Below, in pieces: positions 28,062 through 35,611 of a stretch of DNA of 45,233 nucleotides. A program made the position numbers and the translations under genes. The notes beneath the pieces are model-generated. The model saw only the letters and a list, made by a program, of their open reading frames with translations, did no database searches and was not told where the DNA came from. The first letter of the stretch is position 1, and every line of letters begins with the position of its first letter. Source of the stretch: Escherichia phage vB_EcoM_SHAK7693; sequence record OR594180; one strand, 5' to 3'.

Positions 28062-28149
28062 CTACAACTCCAAAAGGTATGTGACCCTGCTTTATTAATT
28101 CACGCAGCCACGCTGCCGCGCTTTTATCCCATTCATTGTAGTAATTCAT
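27901..28149 (-). CDS. ORF overlapping 5' end of methyltransferase in another frame
   Basis: ATGA-coupled to upstream gene; N-terminus carries NEWDK-like motif; A7/T7 tract at 27997-28003 at frame junction. Confidence 0.3.
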   Translation of the reverse strand: MNYYNEWDKSAAAWLRELIKQGHIPFGVVDERSITEVKPEDLDGFTQCHFFRWYRRLASRAQTCGSSGRCASLDGKPALPTV

Positions 28150-28337
28150 TTCGCCACCAGAACTAACTCTTTACGCCCGAACGCCGTAACGTTACCGGTT
28201 ACGTCTTCGATAACCAGTTTACCGTTCGACTCGACGAACACCGTATCAACGGCAACAGGACGACGGGTCTTAACGTTGAAAATCATGTCGCCCGGTACGA
28301 TGTCACGTGCTGGTTTGCGGTCATATTCGTGTTTCAT
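28146..28337 (-). CDS. hypothetical protein (63 aa)
   Basis: RBS AAGGA; first gene after class-B promoter. Confidence 0.45.
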   Translation of the reverse strand: MKHEYDRKPARDIVPGDMIFNVKTRRPVAVDTVFVESNGKLVIEDVTGNVTAFGRKELVLVAK

Positions 28338-28367
28338 TTATCAATTCCTTATATTGTTGGTGTATGA

Positions 28368-28652
28368 CTAACTATAATAGTTCGCTATTAGGTCGTCAAC
28401 CTGTTTAAACGAACCAACGACAAAAACATTCGCACCACGTTTACGCATCCGCTCATGCTCCCGTAACTGGTGCGGGTCAGGCTTCGTGTTCTCGTCTTTC
28501 TTCACCTCGACGAACCAGATGACGCCGCCGGGGAGAATTATCAGCAGGTCAGGAGCGCCCACTCTATTTTCGTACGACAATTTGCGTACAAGGCCCCCCA
28601 GGGCCTCGAATCGGTCTTTTGCGTATTTCTGAATCTTGCCTTCCGGGGTCAT
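28368..28652 (-). CDS. VRR-NUC domain nuclease
   Basis: GAPDLLIILPGG...FVEVK PD-(D/E)XK-like core; ATGA-coupled start. Confidence 0.65.
   Translation of the reverse strand: MTPEGKIQKYAKDRFEALGGLVRKLSYENRVGAPDLLIILPGGVIWFVEVKKDENTKPDPHQLREHERMRKRGANVFVVGSFKQVDDLIANYYS
28371..28399 (-). promoter_or_regulatory. class-B promoter (TTGACG-N17-TATAGT)
   Basis: Near-consensus sigma70 hexamers; spacer contains GCGAACTAT element shared with 32100 and 34976. Confidence 0.45.
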
Positions 28653-28801
28653 GACCGCAGAACCCAAGTTATAAACGCCCCGCCGAGAACGGCAACGCCA
28701 ACAAACTTAAAGAACAGGCCATAACAGAACATCGCGGCTATCCCCGCACCGAGTAACAGTGCGAGCATGGTTACTATCGTCCAAAATACAAACATTGTCA
28801 T
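28649..28801 (-). CDS. small membrane protein (50 aa)
   Basis: Hand-translated; hydrophobic; RBS GGAGG; ATGA-coupled. Confidence 0.35.
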   Translation of the reverse strand: MTMFVFWTIVTMLALLLGAGIAAMFCYGLFFKFVGVAVLGGAFITWVLRS

Positions 28802-28887
28802 AATACGCACCCCTCCCGTTTTGTATGCTCAATGCCACAGCGCGGACAGATTCGGCAGTCTTCTTCGTAGAACCAGTAAATTTTCAT
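28798..28887 (-). CDS. micro-ORF (28 aa) with CxxCxxC
   Basis: Hand-translated; ATGA overlaps at both ends. Confidence 0.25.
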   Translation of the reverse strand: MKIYWFYEEDCRICPRCGIEHTKREGCVL

Positions 28888-29015
28888 TCCAGCACCCACA
28901 GATAAATTGCGACTAACATACCCAATACGGCGACCATCATGCCGTATTGACCCTCGTGGCAGTAGACACCGGCGGTGAATCCCGCCAGTACTGCGATAAT
29001 CAGTTTACTTAGCAT
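28884..29015 (-). CDS. small membrane protein (43 aa)
   Basis: Hand-translated; hydrophobic; starts inside polymerase 3' end. Confidence 0.3.
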   Translation of the reverse strand: MLSKLIIAVLAGFTAGVYCHEGQYGMMVAVLGMLVAIYLWVLE

Positions 29016-31206
29016 AGCGTTTTAACTCCTGCCCTTCCGCTACAAGAGGGAACCCCTCGGCCCACTCAGGCAGAGAACACATTAATTTTTCCAGTTCGGC
29101 CACCGTGTACTCAGGGGTATCTGGGGTTTCACATACCAGTTCATCGTGTACCGAAAGCACGATAGGATACCCGCCACGCTCAACGTTAATCATCGCATAT
29201 GCCAGTAAATCACGGCACAGCGCCTGGACAATGTTTTCACATGCTTTACCGCCGTGGGTGTATAGAGTTGTCCATTGGCGGGTTAACTGGTTTTCGCCCT
29301 GATACTTGATTCGGACATTCGTGTTTACCCGTCCATCTTCGTCTGTTTCCTTTGTCACACTAACGCCGATTCCCGGATACGAGAGGATACGGCCTGACGG
29401 CAACTCCATACACAACCACCAGCCAGGAACCTTCCTGCCCGACGAATCAAATTCTACGGTACGCCATATGCGGATAGCCCTTTCACCATTCCGGCGCAAG
29501 TGTGCCCCGGCCCAAAATTCACGACCAGGATTACGAACAGCGGCTAAAATTCCGTCTTTAAGGTCGCGCCAGAACGCTACTGTTTCCGGGTGTGACTCGC
29601 GCCACATACGCTTGATTGCATCACATGTGCGCCACACTTTCTTGTCCAGAATATATGATGGTCGGTCATCCTTTTCACCAGGATGCGGTGGTCGCTTGGC
29701 TTCCTGAATACGCGCCCACTCATACCCACGTGCGGTAGCAGCCCAGATGTGGTCGGGGAAAGTCCCGTCCATTGTTTTTGCCATCTCAATAAGGTCAAGA
29801 CCTAAGTTTTTAGCAAACGTAACGAACGCTCCGACGCCGCCCTCGTAGCCGAGACCCAGTTCGCATGCTTTGCCTATCTGTCTGATTTCCTTAAAGTTTT
29901 TCTTAATATCGTCGGGGTCCATGCCAAACATCTTACCTGCGGTTACACAGTAAATATCCAGTCCGGCACGGAACGTATCGAGCGCGGTTTCTTCTCCTGC
30001 TAACCACGCTAACCCACGACCTTCGACGTTAGAGTAATCAGCTACGACAAACTTGTGCCCGGCTTCCGGTATGATGCAGCTACGGACCGTCGATGCCGTC
30101 AGCTTGGCTACGTCAAATCGGCGGTGAGCACGACCCTTAAGTAACGCTGAAATGCCTTTATCCAGTTCATCATCGTGATAGTAACCGCGCGCCAGGTTCT
30201 GCGGCTGAAAGCCTTTACCCGCCCATCGCAGAGTGCGTTTTGCCCCGCCGTACTGCAAGCAACCACGACGGCGGTCGTCAGACGAGCGGCCCAACAGAAG
30301 CGGGTTATATTTCGTGGACGCTGTTGACGCGGCACCGAGGCGCATTTCGATAATCGTCCGGGCGTCGTCCGGTAAATCATCATCTGCCAACAGGTCGTTA
30401 AGCGTAGACTTCTGCGCGTTGTGAATACGGTGCGCAGGCGCAAGTTCACGCAGAATCGGCAGAAAGTCCTTACCCGTAAGCGAGCCTCCGTATTTGCGCT
30501 GGGCTTCTTCCTGTAACTGCGCTTTATGTTTCTCTACGGCATCAATAGCGGCTTCCGCCAGTGCGACGTCAACCTTAAACCCGCGGTCATTAATTAACTG
30601 GTCCAGTTCCAGTACGCGGTCCTCGAACTCGGAGTTACCCCAACGCGGCAGCTTATGGAAGACTTCACGCATCGCAGTGATGTCGCTCACGGCGTACTTG
30701 ATGAACAGCTCCCACTCATCAGGGTGTGTTTCGGCGGTGTAGCGTCTGATTTTGTAGTTCTTCGGCGTCGGCTTAGAGAAACGCTGAATCAGCGCCTTGC
30801 CGCGTTTATCTTTCGCATTGTCAGCGGACACGCCCAGCACTTCGCACAACGCATCAAGTGACCCCGGCAGCGCGTGACGAAACGCCCAAATCATTGTATC
30901 AATGGTGTTGCTTACGGGAATATCAAAACCCCAGCAGTTCTTCATGATGAGTCTGTCGAACATTGAGCCGTTGTGCCACACCATCTTAATACGACTGTTC
31001 GGCTTAACTAGGCGGCGTAACGCGCGATACAAATCTCCCGGCATGTCGCTGCCATCGGTGCAATCCCACACCTGTACAGGCTCGTCATCAAAAGCATAGG
31101 TACAGATAAGCACTTCGGTTGACGGGTGTTCGGCGTAAGCGTAGGACCCGACTTTCTTTAAATCGGCTTCGGAGAATGTTTCAAAGTCCAGGTATAAGTA
31201 GCTCAT
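29005..31206 (-). CDS. DNA polymerase I (family A) with 3'-5' exonuclease domain
   Basis: N-terminal LYLDFETFS exo motif; DYSNVEGR and RQIGKACELGLGYEGG palm motifs. Confidence 0.85.
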   Translation of the reverse strand: MSYLYLDFETFSEADLKKVGSYAYAEHPSTEVLICTYAFDDEPVQVWDCTDGSDMPGDLYRALRRLVKPNSRIKMVWHNGSMFDRLIMKNCWGFDIPVSNTIDTMIWAFRHALPGSLDALCEVLGVSADNAKDKRGKALIQRFSKPTPKNYKIRRYTAETHPDEWELFIKYAVSDITAMREVFHKLPRWGNSEFEDRVLELDQLINDRGFKVDVALAEAAIDAVEKHKAQLQEEAQRKYGGSLTGKDFLPILRELAPAHRIHNAQKSTLNDLLADDDLPDDARTIIEMRLGAASTASTKYNPLLLGRSSDDRRRGCLQYGGAKRTLRWAGKGFQPQNLARGYYHDDELDKGISALLKGRAHRRFDVAKLTASTVRSCIIPEAGHKFVVADYSNVEGRGLAWLAGEETALDTFRAGLDIYCVTAGKMFGMDPDDIKKNFKEIRQIGKACELGLGYEGGVGAFVTFAKNLGLDLIEMAKTMDGTFPDHIWAATARGYEWARIQEAKRPPHPGEKDDRPSYILDKKVWRTCDAIKRMWRESHPETVAFWRDLKDGILAAVRNPGREFWAGAHLRRNGERAIRIWRTVEFDSSGRKVPGWWLCMELPSGRILSYPGIGVSVTKETDEDGRVNTNVRIKYQGENQLTRQWTTLYTHGGKACENIVQALCRDLLAYAMINVERGGYPIVLSVHDELVCETPDTPEYTVAELEKLMCSLPEWAEGFPLVAEGQELKRYAK

Positions 31207-31358
31207 TTCTTTTTCCTTAAATCCAGTGCCTTCGTTTCACTTAATCTTATTTTCATACAATCACGGCAAATCCACACATGCCTGTACCCGGCCCGGTACT
31301 CATCTGCGTACCACGGAAGCGGTTTCATATAGCGATAAACGTGCTTACAGAAAAACAT
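31203..31358 (-). CDS. Cys-rich small protein (51 aa)
   Basis: Hand-translated; RBS AAGGG; stop overlaps polymerase ATG. Confidence 0.35.
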   Translation of the reverse strand: MFFCKHVYRYMKPLPWYADEYRAGYRHVWICRDCMKIRLSETKALDLRKKK

Positions 31359-31371
31359 TATTTTGACCCTT

Positions 31372-31396
31372 AGTAAAAAGGCCCAATGAAGGGCCT
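31372..31396 (-). terminator. rho-independent terminator/attenuator between SSB-like and polymerase genes
   Basis: GGCCC-loop-GGGCC followed by T-run on minus strand. Confidence 0.4.
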
Positions 31397-31416
31397 TAGT
31401 TAAATTGATTCAGATA

Positions 31417-32046
31417 TTAACGGCGGCGACGTTCGCGGCGCGGTGCTTCATCTTCTTCGTCGTCTTCCAGGTCGTCAGTGCTCGCTACTACACTGGAGCC
31501 TCCGAAGCGTTTACCTTCACCCATATACTTGATGCCGAGGATGGTAGCGCACAGGTTTTTCCAATCTTTGTGCCACCATAATTCTACAGATACGTTTGCG
31601 ACACATCCGCTATATACCTGCTCGCCTTCGATTTCTTTCCCGTCGATGTTGAAATCAGGCTCGGTTTGTTTTTCACCTTTAGCCGATGTCATAATCACCG
31701 GTTGACGGTTGTTAGTGGCCCGGAAATACAGACCTTCTTCAAAATCCTCAATAGGATTGTCTCGCATTGCCAGGTCACGTACACAGCACTTGTCCGCGTG
31801 GTGGTCTACACCGTAGTTGGCCTTCATCCATTTCTCGGCAGCGGCGGCACCGATTGCATCTGTTACAACTTCCAGCGCGGTGTCATAAAGCGCGTCGATT
31901 TGAGGGTGGTCAGGCTGCATAAGAACCGTAACCTGGTATTTACCCTTAATCAGTTTACCGGTTTTCTTGTCCTCAGAGTCGGCAGCACGTTCGAATACGT
32001 TAACCCATGCAGTGTTTACTTTACGCAGATTCAGTTTAATACCCAT
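31417..32046 (-). CDS. putative ssDNA-binding protein (DUF2815-like)
   Basis: 209 aa with acidic C-terminal stretch DDLEDDEEDE; neighbours DUF2800-like nuclease and polymerase. Confidence 0.45.
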   Translation of the reverse strand: MGIKLNLRKVNTAWVNVFERAADSEDKKTGKLIKGKYQVTVLMQPDHPQIDALYDTALEVVTDAIGAAAAEKWMKANYGVDHHADKCCVRDLAMRDNPIEDFEEGLYFRATNNRQPVIMTSAKGEKQTEPDFNIDGKEIEGEQVYSGCVANVSVELWWHKDWKNLCATILGIKYMGEGKRFGGSSVVASTDDLEDDEEDEAPRRERRRR

Positions 32047-32099
32047 CGTGATTTCTCGCTTTTCAGTTTACTCCGGGAACTGCCCGGCCAGTGATTAGA

Positions 32100-32128
32100 A
32101 CTATAATAGCTAACTATTCAGGTGTCAA
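32100..32128 (-). promoter_or_regulatory. class-B promoter (TTGACA-N17-TATAGT)
   Basis: Consensus -35; spacer TGAATAGTTAGCTAT. Confidence 0.45.
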
Positions 32129-32132
32129 CACT

Positions 32133-32624
32133 TTATTTGCCGTGATTTTCGTGGAAACCGTACTTAACCTCTGCGGCCTTTCGCGCTGCTATTGCGCCGT
32201 CGATAGTTTCAAAACGTCCGAGATGAATTAGTTTCTTCTCAACTTTTATCTCAGCTCGCCATTTGCCGCGGGTTTTATCGAAACTAACACCCGTCACCCC
32301 TGACGTGTTGTTGCGGGCTAAAGATAAATTACGGCTGTTCTCTTTTCGGGTTGTTTTCCTTAAATTAGAAAGAAGATTATTTTCCCGATTATGGTCAATA
32401 TGGTCTATCTCCTCTCCAGGTTGAAGTTTATTTTCAGGGTTCATCATATCCCATATAATTCTATGCGCCAGAAATGTCCTTCCACGTAAACGTACGCACA
32501 CATAGCCCCAATTACGGACAGACGCGACCTCGCTCCCAGCGGGTGCACGATTGCTGTTAGTTACGCGCCAATACAACTTACCGGTATTGGTATCATACCT
32601 AAAATAATCTTCCCATTTAATCAT
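32133..32624 (-). CDS. HNH homing endonuclease with AP2 domain
   Basis: DHIDHNRENN...ENSRN HNH motif; GVSFDKTRGKWRAEI...LGRFETIDGA AP2 domain. Confidence 0.8.
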   Translation of the reverse strand: MIKWEDYFRYDTNTGKLYWRVTNSNRAPAGSEVASVRNWGYVCVRLRGRTFLAHRIIWDMMNPENKLQPGEEIDHIDHNRENNLLSNLRKTTRKENSRNLSLARNNTSGVTGVSFDKTRGKWRAEIKVEKKLIHLGRFETIDGAIAARKAAEVKYGFHENHGK

Positions 32625-33862
32625 TCCAAATCCTCCTCTGTTACCCCCTTCCACTCAGGTCGTTTGTCGTCCGCCGTTGTAACGCATGGGGCTCCGGGCT
32701 TACGCGTGATGAAGTTTTTTAGTTCTTCTTCTGGGATAACTTTCAAGGCTGCTGTAGGGGTCATGATTGACTTAGTCATAACTTTATCACCAAATTTAGC
32801 AATAACGGCATCGGGGTCCGCCCAGGAGCGATTGCCATCCCGCCCTTCAACCAGTTTGTACCCCTGAACTTTCTTACCGGAATGCAATGCGGCGGACATC
32901 GCTTTTTCAACCTTGTCAATGTGCTGACGCAACAACGGCAACTTCTCATACTCAGCCACGAGTTGCTCAGGTGTCAGTTCCGGCAAAAAGTCGTCCTCCA
33001 GTTCTTCTGCCAGTACCGAATTAACAGTCTTCGTTCTGGCAGCGCACTGTTCAGAGAACCTGCACCACTGGCAACCATCAACCGACGGCTTAAAGTCTGA
33101 CGCTTTCAGGTTCTTCTTACCGCGGAAGTACGCATCGAGCGCTAACAGTGCGCGTTTCTGTGCGAACTTAGCGAACAGTTCCAGACCTTGAACAGAGATA
33201 TCCCACTCCGAAGCACCGCCAGCATACGGCTGGAAGATGACCAGACGAACAGTTGTTATGTTATAACGTCTCTTGAGTCGGCGATAAACACCGAGAGCGT
33301 AAAGCATAAGCTGCTTGTTTTCTTTCGCTTCGACACGATGCCGTCCGGTTTTCAGGTCGCCAATAATGAGCATGTGCTCGTCGGTGTTTGCCAGGTCCTG
33401 AACGGCAACGAGGTCGGCGGTCCCGAACGTCTCAACGCCTTCATATCCCGGATGCAGCACCTCGGTAAGATTTACGCGCATTTCCAGCTTGGCGTAAGTC
33501 GCTACATCGATAATAGCTTTGCAGTAGTCGGTGTACTTACGCACCTGCTCAATCATGTCCGCCGTAATAAGTACCGCACCTTTCACAGGGCTGATTAACG
33601 CCTTAATCTGGCCTTTGCCTTCATCCAGCACGTAAGCGCCAACTTCACGCTCTAACGGCAATGCAGTGCCACGGATATAGGCGTTTAGATGGACCTCTGC
33701 TATGGTGTGGCACGCGGTCCCTGTAACTGCGGCTTTACCCGACGTGTTAGGAATATCTTTTTCACAGGCTAGCGATGCAGCGCAGCTTAGCCACTTTTTA
33801 GCGCCCGACGGCGACAGTAAGGCGTGTACATCGTTATTGCCGCCGCGTTCTTTTAGGATCAT
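32621..33862 (-). CDS. PD-(D/E)XK nuclease, DUF2800/Cas4-like
   Basis: N-terminal LSPSGAKKWLSC hallmark; C-terminal Cys cluster CQWCRFSEQC; ATGA-coupled. Confidence 0.5.
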   Translation of the reverse strand: MILKERGGNNDVHALLSPSGAKKWLSCAASLACEKDIPNTSGKAAVTGTACHTIAEVHLNAYIRGTALPLEREVGAYVLDEGKGQIKALISPVKGAVLITADMIEQVRKYTDYCKAIIDVATYAKLEMRVNLTEVLHPGYEGVETFGTADLVAVQDLANTDEHMLIIGDLKTGRHRVEAKENKQLMLYALGVYRRLKRRYNITTVRLVIFQPYAGGASEWDISVQGLELFAKFAQKRALLALDAYFRGKKNLKASDFKPSVDGCQWCRFSEQCAARTKTVNSVLAEELEDDFLPELTPEQLVAEYEKLPLLRQHIDKVEKAMSAALHSGKKVQGYKLVEGRDGNRSWADPDAVIAKFGDKVMTKSIMTPTAALKVIPEEELKNFITRKPGAPCVTTADDKRPEWKGVTEEDLE

Positions 33863-34131
33863 ACCCTGTTCTCCCACTGGTCAATTAAATGTCGTGTCTT
33901 ATGGTCGCAGTGCATAGCCCACCCATACATCGACTCGAAGACATAAAAGTCAGGTTTGGCGAAAGTCGTGCGCTTAATCTGCGACACGTGGCGGCCTATA
34001 TCTTTAGGCCGGGGTGCTTTGCCTAAGTACGCCATCTCTTCCATCTGGTGCGCACCGGACGGCGCACGCAACAGCCATAGCGACTCTGTGTTGTCTCGCC
34101 TGTCTACGGCGCGGTAGAGTTGGTAAATCAT
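33859..34131 (-). CDS. hypothetical protein (90 aa)
   Basis: ORF in replication operon. Confidence 0.45.
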   Translation of the reverse strand: MIYQLYRAVDRRDNTESLWLLRAPSGAHQMEEMAYLGKAPRPKDIGRHVSQIKRTTFAKPDFYVFESMYGWAMHCDHKTRHLIDQWENRV

Positions 34132-34430
34132 TTATCCACCTCATGCATTCTCAAGAAGACAATCATAGCGGCGCGTAGAGGGTTTTCGTGCGTACTTTTG
34201 GTGAACGAGGCGGAGTGATACGCTCTATATGTGAACGTATGCCGGTTAACCGTAACGCATTCAATTGATATGTGATTATCAATTATTATAGGCCATGCGT
34301 CCTCCACCCGATTACAATAATCGACTCCTCCGGAAGCTAATTCCATCTGATGCCCCCGCGAAACATTTCCGTATAGCGCGCGGCTGACACGTGCATTGAT
34401 TTCTATGTCTGTTAAATTTCCGTAGTTCAT
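34128..34430 (-). CDS. hypothetical protein (100 aa)
   Basis: ORF in replication operon. Confidence 0.45.
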   Translation of the reverse strand: MNYGNLTDIEINARVSRALYGNVSRGHQMELASGGVDYCNRVEDAWPIIIDNHISIECVTVNRHTFTYRAYHSASFTKSTHENPLRAAMIVFLRMHEVDK

Positions 34431-34473
34431 AATTCCGACCCTCAGTTAAAGCGGCCCGAAGGCCGCGGGATAG

Positions 34474-34944
34474 TTATTCTTCTTCGAAATACTTGTTCTT
34501 GATTGCCGTCAGGCGTTCCAGATACTCCGCCAGGTCTTCGTCTTTAATCGCGGCAATCTTCATCTTCTTACCGGTGAACTCTTCCAGCAGTTCATCAGAA
34601 TCATCACACGCGGCATCGCTCGGACCTTCGTTAATTGCATCGTCGATAGCCTGAATCTGGTCGCGCAGAGACTGGTAATCGACTTCTTCTTTATCCTCTT
34701 CCGGTTCTGGCGTCGGTTCCTCTACTTTAGCTTTACGCGGCTTGCGTTTCGGCTTCTCTTCTTCTACCGGTTTAGTGTCAACTACGTCTTCACCTTCTAC
34801 CGGGATTTCTTTTGTTGCATCTTTTGCAACAGTAGGCTCGATTGTTGCGGTTTCAGCAACGACAACTTGTTTCGCGCTGTTAGCAGCAATCAGTTCGTGG
34901 GCAACTACGAAACGTTCTAGTAATACTAAGAATTTCTCTAACAT
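34474..34944 (-). CDS. acidic hypothetical protein (156 aa)
   Basis: Glu/Asp/Lys-rich; first gene after class-B promoter at 34976. Confidence 0.45.
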   Translation of the reverse strand: MLEKFLVLLERFVVAHELIAANSAKQVVVAETATIEPTVAKDATKEIPVEGEDVVDTKPVEEEKPKRKPRKAKVEEPTPEPEEDKEEVDYQSLRDQIQAIDDAINEGPSDAACDDSDELLEEFTGKKMKIAAIKDEDLAEYLERLTAIKNKYFEEE

Positions 34945-34975
34945 TTGTTTCTCTCCTCTCGTTTGGTATTGGCTA

Positions 34976-35004
34976 ACTATAATAGCGAACTATTCACATG
35001 TCAA
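34976..35004 (-). promoter_or_regulatory. class-B promoter (TTGACA-N17-TATAGT)
   Basis: Consensus hexamers; divergent from HTH regulator gene. Confidence 0.45.
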
Positions 35005-35009
35005 TGGGC

Positions 35010-35045
35010 TTTTCTAAAATAATTAATATGGTACTATTCACATAT
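35010..35045 (+). promoter_or_regulatory. class-A-like element (TACTATTCA) upstream of HTH regulator gene
   Basis: -10-like TACTAT with TTCA; weak -35. Confidence 0.35.
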
Positions 35046-35068
35046 CAACTGACTAAGGAGTAATTGAC

Positions 35069-35284
35069 ATGCAACCATCTGAACTAGGCATCCGTGTAGA
35101 ACAACGCCGTAAAGAACTCGGCATCTCCCAACGTCGTCTGGCTGTTCTGACCGGCGTTTCCCAGGGCGCGATTAACCAGCTTGCACTCGGTGTAACCCAG
35201 GACGTCCGCCCGGCAACGCTGTTTAAACTGGCGGAAGTGCTGGAAGTAGACGCCAAGTGGCTGGCGTTAGGTGAAGGGGCTTAA
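35069..35284 (+). CDS. XRE-family HTH transcriptional regulator
   Basis: ISQRRLAVLTGVSQGAINQL helix-turn-helix; RBS AAGGAG. Confidence 0.7.
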   Translation: MQPSELGIRVEQRRKELGISQRRLAVLTGVSQGAINQLALGVTQDVRPATLFKLAEVLEVDAKWLALGEGA

Positions 35285-35300
35285 GCCCCTTTCTTTTTAT
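35268..35300 (+). terminator. rho-independent terminator
   Basis: GGGGCTTAAGCCCC palindrome then TTTCTTTTTATT. Confidence 0.5.
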
Positions 35301-35611
35301 TGCAACTTATCGAGTTCTTCCAAATTCTTAATCGTGTGTTGCACATTCAGGTACTGAATCCAGGCAAAAAGCCATACGCTCACCGGAAAACTAACCGCGG
35401 CAGCCGTTCTGAAAACAATGTGGGCGGTACACGCTACAATTTCCTTTAACGTCATATCCAGAACATGGCGCAATTCTGCAACTTCCTCTAACGCTAGCTT
35501 GCAAACAGGCCACCATTGGTGGGCTACACAAGAAACACATGTCAGGTATGTCGGGCGGTATCCGGCCCTAACTGCTTTAAACGGGTTATTTATAAAATCG
35601 TAAATATTCAT
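35297..35611 (-). CDS. hypothetical protein (104 aa)
   Basis: ATGA-coupled to primase/helicase gene. Confidence 0.45.
   Translation of the reverse strand: MNIYDFINNPFKAVRAGYRPTYLTCVSCVAHQWWPVCKLALEEVAELRHVLDMTLKEIVACTAHIVFRTAAAVSFPVSVWLFAWIQYLNVQHTIKNLEELDKLQ

Noticed and set aside
34450-34466. GCGGCC-CGAA-GGCCGC hairpin between minus-strand genes as a terminator
   Set aside because: No adjacent T-run on the minus strand; more likely a processing or stability hairpin or chance palindrome, so not listed as a terminator.
34742-35017. 91-aa plus-strand ORF antisense to the acidic protein gene
   Set aside because: Low-complexity Ser/Thr-rich product, overlaps the class-B promoter, no RBS.
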